From the NCBI GenBank assembly GCA_017654855.1, contig CM030332.1, forward strand, positions 2,790,001 through 2,854,000: a stretch of DNA of 64,000 nt, read 5' to 3'. This document shows positions 1-12,691 of the stretch, piece by piece. How positions within the stretch are numbered: the first letter of the stretch is position 1; every line of letters begins with the position of its first letter. A program made the translations under genes and the position numbers. The notes under the pieces are model-generated. The model was not told where the DNA came from, searched no databases, and saw only the letters and a list, made by a program, of their open reading frames with translations. This DNA comes from Podospora anserina (lineage: Eukaryota).

Positions 1-268
1 GAGGAGGCAATGGACAAGTACCCGGATACGTATGCTGTGTTGGTAAGGAGGCATGGTGTTTATGTTTGGGGGGATAATGTCCACAAAGCAAAGACACAGT
101 GTGAGAGGTATGCTTGTTGAAATTGCCACTCTTGCTTTCTGGAAAATAGACACTGACATGATCCTCGCCAGCTTGGACTACCTCTTCCAACTAGCCGTCG
201 AGATGAAGCAGCTCGGTCTGCCCTGGATCACAGACATCGAGCCGACCATCCCAACAAGAAAGGATTAG
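1..268 (+). CDS. MDE1: Methylthioribulose-1-phosphate dehydratase, 3' part (5' end outside window); intron 108-171
   Basis: Spliced translation [54 protein letters not shown]...[15 protein letters not shown] is the class II aldolase/MtnB motif. GTATGC donor at 108, CTGAC branch point, CAG acceptor at 171. Confidence 0.92.
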
Positions 269-575
269 AGATATGACAGACAGCCACTTCAATAATGTCC
301 AAATAATACCCAGTGACACAGCATCTCACGTCAAGCAACCACAAGCATCATCATTCAAATTTTAGCAATTCTTTTTTCCATTAAACCCTTCCATTACACC
401 GCCACAACTAACTCCAAACCCAGAATATCCAAATCATACATTATGCCATTTCCCCCCTTCCGACCCTTTTAGGCCTCCTTTCTTACCCCCAGCCACAAGT
501 AATTGATATTTCCCCAAAACTACGCACAAAGAATCGAAACCCCCGCTCCCCTTCCCCTTTTCCATCAACCCCCAT

Positions 576-1333
576 TTACAAAGCCATAACAGCACCCAAA
601 AAAGCCAACAACCCCATCCCGGAGCCGACAACAGCACCGGGAACGGCAGCGTTGCTGGTCACGCTAGCCGGGGCGCCAGTAGTAGTGGGGTTGCCCCCCT
701 GGTTGTTGGTAGTGCCGTTCCCGCCTTCCTCGCCATCATCATTGTTGTCATCGTCGTCGTTGTTGTTGTTGTTGTTGTCAGAGTTGTTATTGCTGTTGTT
801 ACCAGAGTTGTTGCTGTTGCCATTGCCAGAGCTAGAGCCACCAGTGGGCTTGGGAGCAACACCGGGAGTGGCGGTGTAGTAGTGGGTGGCGACGCAGGCG
901 TTGTAGCACTGGCCGTAGGCGAGGTTGTCGGCTTCGGTGCCGTTGCCCTTGGGGCATTCGGAGACGCACTTGTTTGTGGCTTCGACCTAGAGGGCACGCA
1001 GGTGTTAGTCATCAAGGTTTGGTTGGTTGTGGCTTGGGATAATAAAGTTTGTGGTTATATATGTGGGACAACCACAAAAGGGGGGTCTCTTAGGAGGGAG
1101 ATATGACGACGTACATCTTGCTCGCCGGGGTTGGGCACTGGGTTGCACTTGGCCGTGCAGTTGACGTCGCCGGGGGTGCAGGCGTTGATGCAGCGGAGGA
1201 TCTCGGCCTGCTGGGAGTTTTGGGCGGCGGTGGCTGGGTCGATGGAGGTGTTGACCGGGACGGTGGTGGAGGTGCCCTGGGCGCTGGCGAGGGCGGCGAG
1301 GGCGCCGGTGAGGATGAGGGATGTGACGCGCAT
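576..1333 (-). CDS. GPI-anchored cell-wall protein with Cys-containing N-domain and Asn/Asp/Thr-rich linker (209 aa); intron 987-1114
   Basis: Signal peptide MRVTSLILTGALAALASA. Repeated CxxxC helical motifs (CINAC, CTAKC, CVSEC, CYNAC) and an N/D-rich tract from an (AAC/GAC)n repeat. C-terminus SNAA...GMGLLAFLGAVMAL* is GPI-signal-like. GTACGT donor, CTAAC branch point and TAG acceptor keep the frame. Confidence 0.85.
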
Positions 1334-3708
1334 TTTGGCTGTGGTGTTGATGTTGATATTAAGACAATAAAGTGAGGGTTTGTTTACTTTAAAGAATGTG
1401 TCAAGATGGTAGCGACAGTATTATTAGGAAGAGAGATCCAACACACAGCAGACAGGCAGTACAAGACTGATGATGATGATGATGAAGAGATGAGGAGAGG
1501 GAAGACGAAAGAATGAGAGCCAAGGGGAGGTTGGAAGGTGGGAGTACTAAATAGCCAGCTACGTTATTGCGGCTTGCGCCTTCGCTTCTTCGCTCTCAGC
1601 CAGCCAACACCTTTTGGTGTGGTCTCGCATCCCCATGCCATTACCATGATACCCACAAAAAAAACAAAGAGGGAGAGGCTAGGACATGCAACCCTCGGGC
1701 GGTGATGGGCGTTTGCTTGGTCTGCCAATGCGTGAATAGCTGTAGGTACCAAGGTACCCTTTGACCGTGACGACGGTAACCCTTCTCCCCCAGTCCACTC
1801 TTTTTCAAACACGAGGGGGGGGTCATCCCTCCAGTCCTCTCTTTCTCTCTCAAGCGTTTCCCATTCCCTTCCCGCTCCATCCAATCTTCGATTGGCGCGG
1901 CGCGGCACACACACACACACGGCGGGGAACCCGACAGGCGGCAAGGGCTCCCTCTTCCAAGGGGGAGGCGTGAAAGATGTGGTGGTGGTTGTTGATTCTA
2001 TGATTTTCCGTGCCATTTTTAAGATCCGAGATGGGGCTCTTGTCACTCACTCCCACGCAACAGCCACGCTCTCTTCTCTGTCTTTTGCCCCGACATCTCA
2101 CAACCATGATTTTTGGACTGTCCCACGTTACGCAAACTCACTCACACAGGCCCCAGGTTTGCCAGTCAGTCACTTGACATGGATTCGTTTTGGAGGGGGC
2201 AGGAAAAACAGCTTGGACAGATAATCTCCCGAGGTGAAATTGCGGGTTTCGCCAAGACAAGCCCACATCGAACTGGTCCGTGGTCCGTAGTCGATCTGCT
2301 GCTTTTCTGGGCACCAATCAGCGGGCGGGAAATCGCGTAATGGGTTACTTAAAAGATGGGAAATGATCTTTTTCGTGTCAGTCTGTTTTGTTGTCTGTGT
2401 AACCACAGCTGAATGCTCTGCTGCTCATGTTGGCTGCATCTTCTATCTTGAGAAACTCACAGAGCCCTTCAAACGTCCCATCTTCATCGAGAACAGACAA
2501 AATCCCCAGACCCTTAGCGCTGGCTCTTAGGTCAGGTCAAAGTTGTCAGGGACACTGACAGACGCATGTGAAGTCATTGGTCCGAACAGCAGCAGCACCA
2601 CATGCACAAGCGTCTAGCCAAAGCGGACCGCCGGACAACCCCTGCCGAGACATTTCAGGACAAGCCACCGAGCCCCCCAGGCATGGCATCTCATGACTTT
2701 CTCATCACAGACAGCCGGAGCTGGACAAGTTCTTGGGGATCATATCACAAACCATCAAACTTCTTTTCTCTTCCACAGTCTGACAAAAACCTCAGCCCAT
2801 AGGTGGAACATTCGTATACACTATAACCCTTCATGTCCAATCCCATCGAAAATGGACCCCATATGAGCTGGCAAAAACACCAGCCTCACAATGTCCACTC
2901 GATACGAACGTATGACTACCTCCCAAGACTAATGTAAAGCAACCTCACCTTGTAATCGAAGCCAATGGAACATTCAACATATGATTGGCATGGCAGATAC
3001 AACACCAGCATTGCTCTCAGCGTTCAACATCGGACGAGTTCATCCGATGTTTTTGTTTCCCATCAGTACTGTGTTATCTCAGCCAACCCTCCCTTGCTTC
3101 AAAATGGTAGATTATGCATTCTTTGTTTTTGGACCCTCAAACCTCAGCTCTTTCTTGTTTTTCCTTTTTTTTTCTCTTCTAGCTCACTCATCCCCAGCCG
3201 AAAAATACCCACCCAACCAACCCCCCTCCGCTTATTGTTCATGCACAAAAGCAGCGGATATGCATGTAGGTCCCAGCTTTTGCATACATGCATAGTGTAA
3301 TGCCAACTGCCAGCAACCCCATACAATTCTCCAACCTCTCAAGAAAACACTTTAAATCTTCTCAATCGAATCAACAAATACCCACCACCAAACCCCACAA
3401 CCCCGAGTCACGTCATTAGGTGGGTTTGACAAGGCTAATTAACCCTCAGACCCCTGGCCCCTGAGAGGAAATCGAGATCGCGTATCGTAGCCTTGTGGAC
3501 GAGGCTCCACCGACGACGACGGGTCATTAAACTGTAAAGGGGACATCCACTTCACTTTATACCAATCTTGCGTGTGTAGAGTTACATATTGCAGAAAACA
3601 AGTGCTGGACGAAATGTTGGCTTGATATATCAGAAGATTAATCTGCAACAATATAAACACCGGAATGGACATCAATTCCATCCCACCCAATCCCCCATGC
3701 CACCCTTA

Positions 3709-4491
3709 TCACCATGGTATACGCCCCTCCTTAGCCGAGTAACTCCCCGTCTCCCCTTCCCCTCCCATCGTAGCCAACCTGACAGCATTTACCGCCCCCT
3801 CCTCCACACTCTTAAGCCCCTGAAACTTATTCAAATTCGTACTGCAATACCCCGGACAACAAACGTTCACCTTCCACCCCTTCCCATCCTCATCCTCCCC
3901 CTCAGCCTTCTCAAACCTAATCACATAATGCAAACTGAGCATGTTCAACGCCGTCTTACTGGCACAGTAAGCAGTATAAGTATCCACATGGCAATGGTGC
4001 CCCTTGTCCGCCCTGCACGTCAAGCTCCCCATCACCGACCCCATCATCACTATCCTTCTCACCTTGGCGGACTTCTCCATCAGGGGTATAAACGCGTCCG
4101 TGACCATGGCTACCGAGGTGACGTTTGTGTCTAGGATTATTGCCCATTTTTGACGGGGGGAGATGTCGGGGATGTTGTCGAAGGCGTGTTCGGATATACC
4201 AGCGTTGTTGATCAACACGTCGAGGCGGCCGTGGGTGGATGAGACGTGGGATACTGCTGCGGCGATGGAGGCGTCCGAGGTTACGTCTAGGATGAGGGGT
4301 TCGACGGATAGGCCTCGAGATTTGAGGGAGCTGACTGCTTCTTCGAGCGGTTGCTTGCGGCGGCCGGTCATGATGATGTGGTAGTCTTTGTGTTCGGTGG
4401 CGAGCTTTTTGGCGATTTCGAAGCCGATGCCTTGGTTGGCGCCCGTGATGAGGACGATGGTGGTGTTTGGTGAGGCCATGGTTGCGGTCAT
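3709..4491 (-). CDS. Short-chain dehydrogenase/reductase (carbonyl reductase-like), intronless
   Basis: TGANQGIG Rossmann motif, LINNAG, catalytic YCASK (YxxxK), VNVCCPGY..T and C-terminal PW. Confidence 0.92.
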   Translation of the reverse strand: MTATMASPNTTIVLITGANQGIGFEIAKKLATEHKDYHIIMTGRRKQPLEEAVSSLKSRGLSVEPLILDVTSDASIAAAVSHVSSTHGRLDVLINNAGISEHAFDNIPDISPRQKWAIILDTNVTSVAMVTDAFIPLMEKSAKVRRIVMMGSVMGSLTCRADKGHHCHVDTYTAYCASKTALNMLSLHYVIRFEKAEGEDEDGKGWKVNVCCPGYCSTNLNKFQGLKSVEEGAVNAVRLATMGGEGETGSYSAKEGRIPW

Positions 4492-4894
4492 GAGCTCCGG
4501 ATGGTGAGTGAGGTGAGTGTGTCGACTCGGTCTGTCGAATCAGTGGTGTGGGTGATAGTAAGGTGGCGATAAATATAGTCGTCGAGCTTGTCTGCGCATC
4601 ATGGTTTTATCATGAACCTTAAGTCCGGATACGTGTTGGGTATGGGGAGCTCCGGAGATAAGCTCTCGTCCGCCAATTCACCCCCTTTATTGGTCTGAGC
4701 CTCCGGCAGTTTCCTTATGTTGGAAACAGCCCAACTGCCGCCTCACCGTGACGGTGTCCGGAACGGAGCAAAGGCCGGCGTCCTTATGTCCGTCACACAG
4801 AGCCGAGTCCTGGTTGCGGTTGAAATATCGCAAGATCACCACCGCACAGCACATGCGTTCACGCGATGCTGCCCCCTCTTGAGCGTTTCCAAAA

Positions 4895-5639
4895 TCACAC
4901 CAGTTCTGCGCTTCCATTTTCTACCAGGGTCTTTGCATCGGCCCATCGCAAAATGACGATATCGCTTTCTCGCCCGTCCATGGCACCGTCCGAGTCAACA
5001 CCGCGCCCTTCGACCAAAGTGTCCTTTAGCAGCCTGATGAACACGGCCGACTCAAGATCTGGAGTTTCCACCATGTTGATACCCGCCGAGTCGTTGAGGT
5101 TTTGCAAGGCTGAAGGAAAGGAAGAGAGGAACGACGAGAGGTAGTGGTTGTGAAGAAGAGCCTGGTGACGGGTCGCATAGGCTAGCTCCATTTCGGAAAG
5201 TCGGGCTCTCAGCGCGTCGGTCGAGAGGTAGTGTAGAGTGTGTCTGTCTATCTTTGAAATTCGAGCGCGGAGGTAGCTTCGAACGAGGTACTTGAAGCGC
5301 TCCAGTTCGGTTTGTATGACGATGAGAGCAAAGTTGGTCTTGGGGTCCATGTCGCCGGTCATCTCCTCGACCTTTTCGATCTGGCGCTTGATACTATCAT
5401 TGACGCGTTCGAAGAGGCCATCTGCCGGCCAGCTGCAGGTGTCAAAAAAAACCGCCAGGTTAGCAACGGACAGTTCGGCGACTGTTACTTTGTTGGAAGA
5501 TGTTGTTTGCATACGGGAGAAGCTCGGGCGCTGATCGCTCGGCAATCCAGGCACGCGTTAACTCTTGAAGATTACGCTTTTCTTGTGGCACGGCATGGAA
5601 GGTCGGGTCGACTTCCCTGAGGATGTCGTCGATGTCCAT
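4895..5639 (-). CDS. SLD5: GINS complex subunit Sld5; intron 5433-5514
   Basis: Spliced [11 protein letters not shown]...[26 protein letters not shown]...[30 protein letters not shown] donor, GCTAAC branch point, CAG acceptor. Confidence 0.93.
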
Positions 5640-6649
5640 GGTCGGAGGTGTTACAGATACAGGGAGGGAATTCGGTCAGGGGAGTTCGTCAGCAGCAGCA
5701 GGTGCTTCGCAATGCAGCTTCCAGGCCCTTGGTTGACTTTCATGTCTGGCACCCTTTTTCCAAGTTCTTGGTGTCGGAGGGGTTAGCGCGGGGCACCCCA
5801 CCCGCTCCAAAGAGTAGGTGGGCCCACTGGGCGATCGGGATGGGGCCAAGCTCCATCCGACGACGGCTCATCCCGCTCGTCCCTGGCACATAGCCGGGCA
5901 CTCTATCAGCATTCAGCAACAATCTGATTGTCGTCAACTTGTTGAAGATACAGCACTGTCATGAGTGAGATCATACGATAATCCCAAATTCTAGAAGCAA
6001 TTTGTCCAAGCCCGCCTTCTCCGCGCTCTCCGAAAACATGGCTGCTTCCACACCTCCACAAAGCCACCGATCGAGCTTCAGCTGCAGAGGTCGGAGAAGG
6101 ATGAACAATGCCCTTGTGTGAGAGGTCCAAATCAGTCGCACAGCCTTATAACGCAGACGCGCCGATACTCCAACCAGTAACCAACCCGGCCAACTTCAGC
6201 CAGATGCATCCGGCGAGACGGACTTGCGTCTTTATCTCTGCCAGACCAGTCGAGTCAGGCCTTGGCAGTCCTCGGCCTGCAGCACTTGGTACCACAGCTA
6301 CTTGCTGAGCATCGAGATCCCGTATACCAAAGTGTGTAGCTATGTTTACTCCCCCACTTGGATGGGCTGGGTCAGCCAGGCTGTGGCCACTTGCTGCTGA
6401 CCATAGCTTGGTGGGTGAAGTCGGTGTGGGAATGGCAGCAGCAGCCACAAAACCACAATGTCTCAGGCGTCGATTTGTTGTCTTCTGACGCGGTGTCCAC
6501 CAGGCTAAGGTAGTTCGCTGTGTACAACCCGGAGCCTATCCTCGAGCAACACGGCATCCGGCTAGACTAATGAGCAAACTCATGACCTCTGGGCCTTCCC
6601 ATCTCTCGTCCCTTTTGATCTGGGAATCGCATCATGGTATGCTATCGCC

Positions 6650-8427
6650 ATGTCGTCCGTCTTAGGCCGGCTGCCTGCTCTCATCACAATTCTATTCTTG
6701 GCACTTGCCGTCAGTCAAGCCTTATGCTTCATTGCGGCAGATGATGATTCCGAGGCCGATCTGACCCGGTACATGGCAATACGGAGCGATCCCGTCCCCG
6801 GTACACCCGCTTTACTCGGTCTTACGGAGCATATCTTCGGCGTTGGAAGACGGGACTGCCTCGCGAATGGGACAAACTTTTGCTTCGACAATAATGTCGA
6901 TTCATGTTCCGGTTGTGGGAATTGCTGTCGTGACGGTGATCGAAAGTACTGTTGTGCCGCTGGACGACCATGTTGTGGATCGGGATGCTGTTTGGCTGGC
7001 CAGATATGTTCTCCCAAGGGGGGTTGCGTCTCGTCCGTGTAAGTCATAATGCCATTCACAACCAGAACATAGAGCTAACCTTTTGAGTAGGGAGACGGTG
7101 ACGATTACCAAGACTATCTTCGAAACCACCACCCGAATCGCAACACAGCGAGCTACCATCCTTGTGGTCAAGATCGAGTCTTCCACCGTTGTATCGACAG
7201 TTGATGTGACTGTCTCGAGCGCTGACACCCAGACCAACATCGTCTGGAAGACTGTGACCGTCACTGCTCCTCCAGCCAAACGATCTGCTGTGCTGCTGGA
7301 AGTGCCGCATTCTAACAGAAACAACCATCCGTTCAAGGTTCCGTCCATCACCAGGCTCTTCATCTCTCTGGTGCTTGAGAAAAACTCTTCAGGCAGTAGA
7401 AACAAACGGCGAGGAGGCGTTGGCGGACTTATACCGAGACAAAATCCTTCAACGAGCACCATCACCAAGTTTGTCACAGAAATCGCCGACGTCGTTAGCA
7501 CGACCTCGACGACTGTCATGGCTCAGACAACGTCAACCTTCGTGACGACAGTCTTTCAAACAAACACTCGGTATGGAATCAACCACCTCGGGCGATCTGC
7601 TGCTCGGATGCTAATTTTTGACTAGAGTCCTCCACGCCCTCGCAACCGTTGTCGAGACCTCCACCCTTACCATAACCTCCAGGCCCCCGGTAGTCCAAAC
7701 AATAACCACAACCGCCAGTCTAATCCTCCCACCCCTTATAACTTCTACCGATGTTTCTTCTACACCATCCACATCTTCATCACCAACCACCACCTCCACC
7801 CCAGCACCCTCTCAGTCCCTCCCCACAACAACAATAGCAGGCATCGCAGCCGGCACCAGCGTCCTAGCCCTCGTTCTTGCGGGTCTAGTCATCTTTTTCA
7901 TCCGCCGCCGCCGCTACCAAACCCAACGCCCAGCTTCGGCCCTCTTCCCCTTTGACCCCAATGATCCCGAGCATGACTACCAAAAGACGATTCCCACGAC
8001 AACCGTCACAGCGGAACCGACTCTACCGAAGATATTACCTCACTTTGCCCCAGCAGCACCGGCTCATCACCACTCCCAGCCACCTGCTCTGACGCCAGCG
8101 TATCAATCTCCGCCGCAGGACCAGCAGCAGCAGCACAGGAGGATCAGCTCGGGGTTCACGACGCTGGTGGGGACGCCGCCTGGGAGCACGGGGTTCACGA
8201 CGCTGGTGGGGACGCCGCCTGGGAGCACGGGGAGTAGTAGTGCTGTTCTTGCCAAGGGTAAGGCAAAGGAGTACAGAAAATCAGGCTCGTCGTCGTCACC
8301 GCCGCCGATTGCTGAGGTTCAGGGGAGTGAGGTGCCTGTTGAGGGGGCGGTGGAGGTAGAGGGGAGTCCAGTTGGTTGTTCTGGGTCTGGATCGAGGAAT
8401 TGGGGGGGAAGGGGGTCGATGGGTTGA
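6650..8427 (+). CDS. Type I membrane protein: signal peptide, 14-Cys domain, Ser/Thr-rich stalk, single TM, cytoplasmic tail (Mid2/Wsc-like architecture); introns 7039-7090 and 7571-7625
   Basis: Three ORFs are joined in frame by GTAAGT..GCTAAC..TAG and GTATGG..GCTAAT..TAG introns. TM segment IAGIAAGTSVLALVLAGLVIFFI is followed by RRRR. Confidence 0.82.
8150..8232 (+). repeat. Perfect 39-bp tandem duplication (GFTTLVGTPPGST x2) in the cytoplasmic tail
   Basis: CGGGGTTCACGACGCTGGTGGGGACGCCGCCTGGGAGCA occurs at 8150-8188 and 8189-8227. Confidence 0.95.
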
Positions 8428-9753
8428 GTTTTTTCTTTCTCTTTTTCTTGGATATAAAAGGGGTTGGTTCGCTGCCTGGTGCAGAGATTAGGAGTGTGAG
8501 ACGGCGGGGGGGATTGATTGTTTCTGTTTTGTTTGCTTTGGGATTTTGTTTGGGGCTTGGATGATACCACTTTTTCGCTCGCTTTGTTGATGGTTTAAAT
8601 GGTAAAAATGAGGGGAATATGGGAAAAATCTACAAGGATTTTTATGAGGGTTATTATTATGGTTTTGATACCATTGGTTAATATTGGAGAGATGGGGGTC
8701 TGCTATCTATGAGTTTATGATGTCGCATTGTCAAATAGGAAGGTTTTATCGAGATGTAGCTGCTTGGGCTAGGTTGGTGGAATACGTTCGCTAATATTCA
8801 GCATGGTTGTTTGCAATTACCAACCCTTCTTGTGTGTTTTCCCCCATCACACTGGGGTGATATGTCTGCTTTTTCATGTCGACATCTTCATAACCTGCCA
8901 CGCTGAATGTAAACAATGTCCAAGTGCCAGCATTGCTTGACTCCGAATTGGGACACGGTGAGCATCTTTCGAAGTCGAGTTGGTGAAGACAATCTTTGAC
9001 GGCCTCCTGGGTGTAGTTGGCGTGATAGGTTAAGGATTGGAGATCCCGTTGCTTACCTAGTCACGCTATTACAAGATGAAGCTTCGAGGGTACCTACGTA
9101 ATCCCTTCCCCTTTGCCTGGAAAGCGGACCCACCGTGAAAGCTTACGGTAGGCAACATAAAAGTGATCAATAGACCATAAGAGAGAGAGAAAAAAGAGTT
9201 ATATACTACCCCTACTCCTAGTCCGACTACTCCAGCACAAAGTCCCAAAACATATCCCTACTCTTATTACACTTATACAATAATACAAATTCCCGTTTCA
9301 ACAAAAATTCAAAAAATTTCCACAACCAACCCCCCCCCCACCCTCTTCTCTTCAACCCTCCTCAACTTCCCTTCTTCTTCCACATGTCAACCTCCATTCT
9401 CAACAACTTCTCCTCTACCCTTCCCAGACCAACATATTAAAAAAAAAAACCCCAAAAAAAGACATCACTATAAATCTTACTCATGGGTGGGGCATGATTG
9501 GTAGTTAAAAAAAAAAAAACTAAGAACAACATCAACTTCATTATTCCTTTGGAAAAATAATGACAATAATGAAAGATAGACCCCCTCACCCCCCCTCCTA
9601 ATGAAGTGTCCAGAAATCAGAAAAAGTTGCCATGAAAACGATTGTCCGTAAATGACTCCAAAACCATCAAAACCCAAAAATAAGTCCGCTGGCTGTGACC
9701 CGCCCACAAGAAAAATAAACGAATGCTTCACCCTAGAGCATTAAATGGCTCTG

Positions 9754-12333
9754 TCACCTCTCATACCTCGGCAGTTCCTCCCCCACCGCATCCACCGGCC
9801 CTCTCCCCGCCCCCGGCGAAGCCCCTGCATAAGAAAAATGCCTCCCATAATCCTCCTCCTCATCATTAATCACCGGCGCCGTCGGCTCAAAGTCCGCCAC
9901 CGCAGCAGGCACTATCGGTGGTGCACTCGGCGGTATTGACGAACCACTAGGCCCCGCCATGGCGTTATCATCGTAATCCTCCGGGAACTCCGGCGGCGCG
10001 CTCGCCTCGGCAAGCAACCGTCGCCGCTCAAGCTCTTGTTTATCCTCTGTCGAGTTCATCACCGCACCACCCGAGAGCTCTTCCAGTGTGGGCGCCGACG
10101 GTGGTTCTTCTGGTGGCGACTCGGCAGGGAGGGCAAGATCAGGAGGTGCCGAGGGCGTGTCGTCAGCGTCGTAGATGTTTTCCCCGTTGACCACGTCGCT
10201 AGAGTTAGACGGGCCGGCGGCAACGGGTGCGTCTGGCGGTTGGCTGGGAAGTAACCTCTGCTCGGCGCGTCTGATCCGTTCCTTCTCGTCGAGCGAGCTC
10301 TCGTCAGGGACGTCTGGGGGTGGTATGTAATGCGGAACTGGCGGCGGTGGTGGCGGTTGGGCCGGGACCGTCTCCCAGTAGGGAATCTGCTGGGTGGATT
10401 GGGCAGGATATGGCGTAGGAAACGGGGGGTAATCCTGCGGGCAGGCCGATTCTGGTCCGTAGCCTCCTGGCTCATGTGATGCAGGCCACGGGTGAACATG
10501 GTCCGGGGCCTGATTGTGATAATCACTTTCGCGCACTGACACAGTTCGGACCGGCGACGGCAGTTTCGACAGACCTTTGGCCTTGAGCCTTTCACTGTCT
10601 GTCGTCCCAACAATAACCTCAAACAACACGGAGATGACGCCCTTTTCTCGACGGAGCCTATCCGTGTCGATAATGCTGGATCCCCATGTTGCGACGGAAG
10701 GTGAGCCGGTGTCGTGGGCACTGGATGTCGGGCCCAGAGGGACCCCAGGAATGCTCATTCGCAACCCAGAAGCTACCTTGTTGCCTTGAATCTGGCCGGC
10801 AAGCTTCCCTCCTAGATCGACCAATACCTCGATGTGATATTGAAATTTGATCATCTCATAAGGAACGCCCTTGATGGTTGGAAATACGTCCTCGGGAACC
10901 CTGATCAGAGTTGTGAAGCTGGCGCTCATGGTGGCTGGGTCAATCCAGAGAGGGTTGATAGCCTGGGAAAGGTCTTTCCGGAAGACACTGCAAGAGCCGG
11001 CCGACGAAAGGGATAGACCTCCCAGCCCAGTTTTCGACTTGGGGTAAATCTCTTCCTTCTCAGAGCGGCTTTGGCTTTGCGATAGTTCCCTAGAAAGTAC
11101 ACCTGTGGGAGCTGAGTCTATGCGACCGAGCCTGTAGAGAGTGACTATCACACCGTGCATGCTTTTTAGTTGGCGGATGTGCTGCACCGAGATCTTGATG
11201 GGAACCACATCTCCAGGAAGGCAGCCACCTTTTAGCAACTCTACTGTCGCTGTGATGGTCCGGTCCTTCAGTGCCGGTCCCTTCTTTCCACCCTGCGATA
11301 TGACCGACGGTGTTGTATACATTATGTCGCCGTTCCTGCTCGGGGTGGTACTGCTGGTGTGGGCGCTATCACCGCTGATGCTGCGGACGTCGCTTTGTAA
11401 CGGTCCCGGGCCATCGTTAGCTGGTGGGCCATGCCCTTGATCATCGCCAAGGACGGACAAGGAGCCCTCGGTAGAGTTCTCATTTGCCCGAGTCGAGTCC
11501 AAATCGGATGACCGTTCTGGTGGATCGTGTGAAACGGTGGTGGCGGCCTTTTCTAATGTGGGCCCAGGTTGCTTCTTCTTCCGTGGCCGTTTTGATATTG
11601 GTTCTAGGTAGATAGTACGCGACGGTGGCGGTTTAAGAGGACCAATATCGACCCTTTCGATGAGATGAATTGGGCACTCAACAGCCGACCTCTGGTCTAT
11701 TTTGGTAGTGATGGATGGCGGACGTGTCAAAGTCGCAGTGATCCTGTAGGAAATAGTGCCACGCTCAAACTATGTAGATATCAGCCAATAGCTCGCCCTT
11801 GATGGAAATTGCACACGTACATCGATACTGCTAGGAAGCCCCTTTGAGGGAAATAACAGTTCAAAGTTGAATTCGTAGCGGCCCGGCTCGAGCCGGCCAT
11901 CGGCGCTGAGTGTTTGCTCGTCCTCAAACAAATTGACGCGCCCAACACTGTGGCTCTTCTGGCGCGCGCCGCGGCCAGTGTTTGTTGGAATCTCGGCGGG
12001 ATTGACAATCGGCTCGTTGGCGGGCGCACCTGGGCCCTTGTATACGCGTACGAAGCCGTGCAATGCCACGGTCAAATGGGTGATTCGGACGGGCTTGACG
12101 ACGGTCAAGATCACGGCGCCCAACACATGGTCTCCAGCGCCATACTTGCGGTAGGGCTCGGCCGGGCGGATGTGGAAATCGGTGATGTGACGGGCGCGTT
12201 GGCGGAGGGGGAGGCTGAGGCGGGAAAAGAAGGACCGGCGCGATGAAGATGTGTCGTCAACCGATGTCGAGGCTTGCGCGGACACCAGGGCAGAGGCGGC
12301 GGCGCGGTTGTCGGCGGACTTGGAATAGCCCAT
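9754..12333 (-). CDS. palF: Arrestin-like pH-response regulator PalF/Rim8; intron 11770-11820
   Basis: Arrestin N-domain (VKPVRITHLTVALHG, GRYEFNFEL, LPSSID-FERGTISY), KSMHGVIVTLYR, YPKSKTGLGGLSLSSAGS, EDKQELERRRL, SAP motifs and terminal LPRYER. Confidence 0.92.
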
Positions 12334-12451
12334 CTATGCTTTGCTGTGCTGTGACTGCTGAGCATCCAGCACGGGGCAATTGCGTGCGACGGGGTAGAGG
12401 TTGTCGAGACGGACAGGACCAGGTATGCTGTCGGCCGAAACAGTACGGGAC

Positions 12452-12514
12452 GGGCGATGGGCGATGAGCGATGGGCGATGGGCGATGGGCGATGGGCGAT
12501 GGGCGATGGGCGAC
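12452..12514. repeat. Heptanucleotide tandem repeat (GGGCGAT)x9 upstream of palF
   Basis: Nine consecutive units. Unit 3 is GAGCGAT and unit 9 is GGGCGAC. Confidence 0.95.
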
Positions 12515-12691
12515 CGGGTCAGGTCGCGAGAAAGCGTGCCAGAGGAGGTTCGGGGGGGTGTGGTGTCGGCGTGTCGTCGTCCCATGCGGCCGCACGTCGG
12601 CTCGCGGCGATGATGCACTCGGGGCTGTCCTCCTTCTCCTTGTCCTTGAAGTTGATCTTTCACGTCGAGGGGCTGTCTTCGAATCCAAAAG

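Noticed and set aside
5740-6557. Short minus-strand ORFs between SLD5 and the membrane protein gene
   Set aside because: No coherent spliced model or recognisable motif. A decayed gene cannot be excluded.
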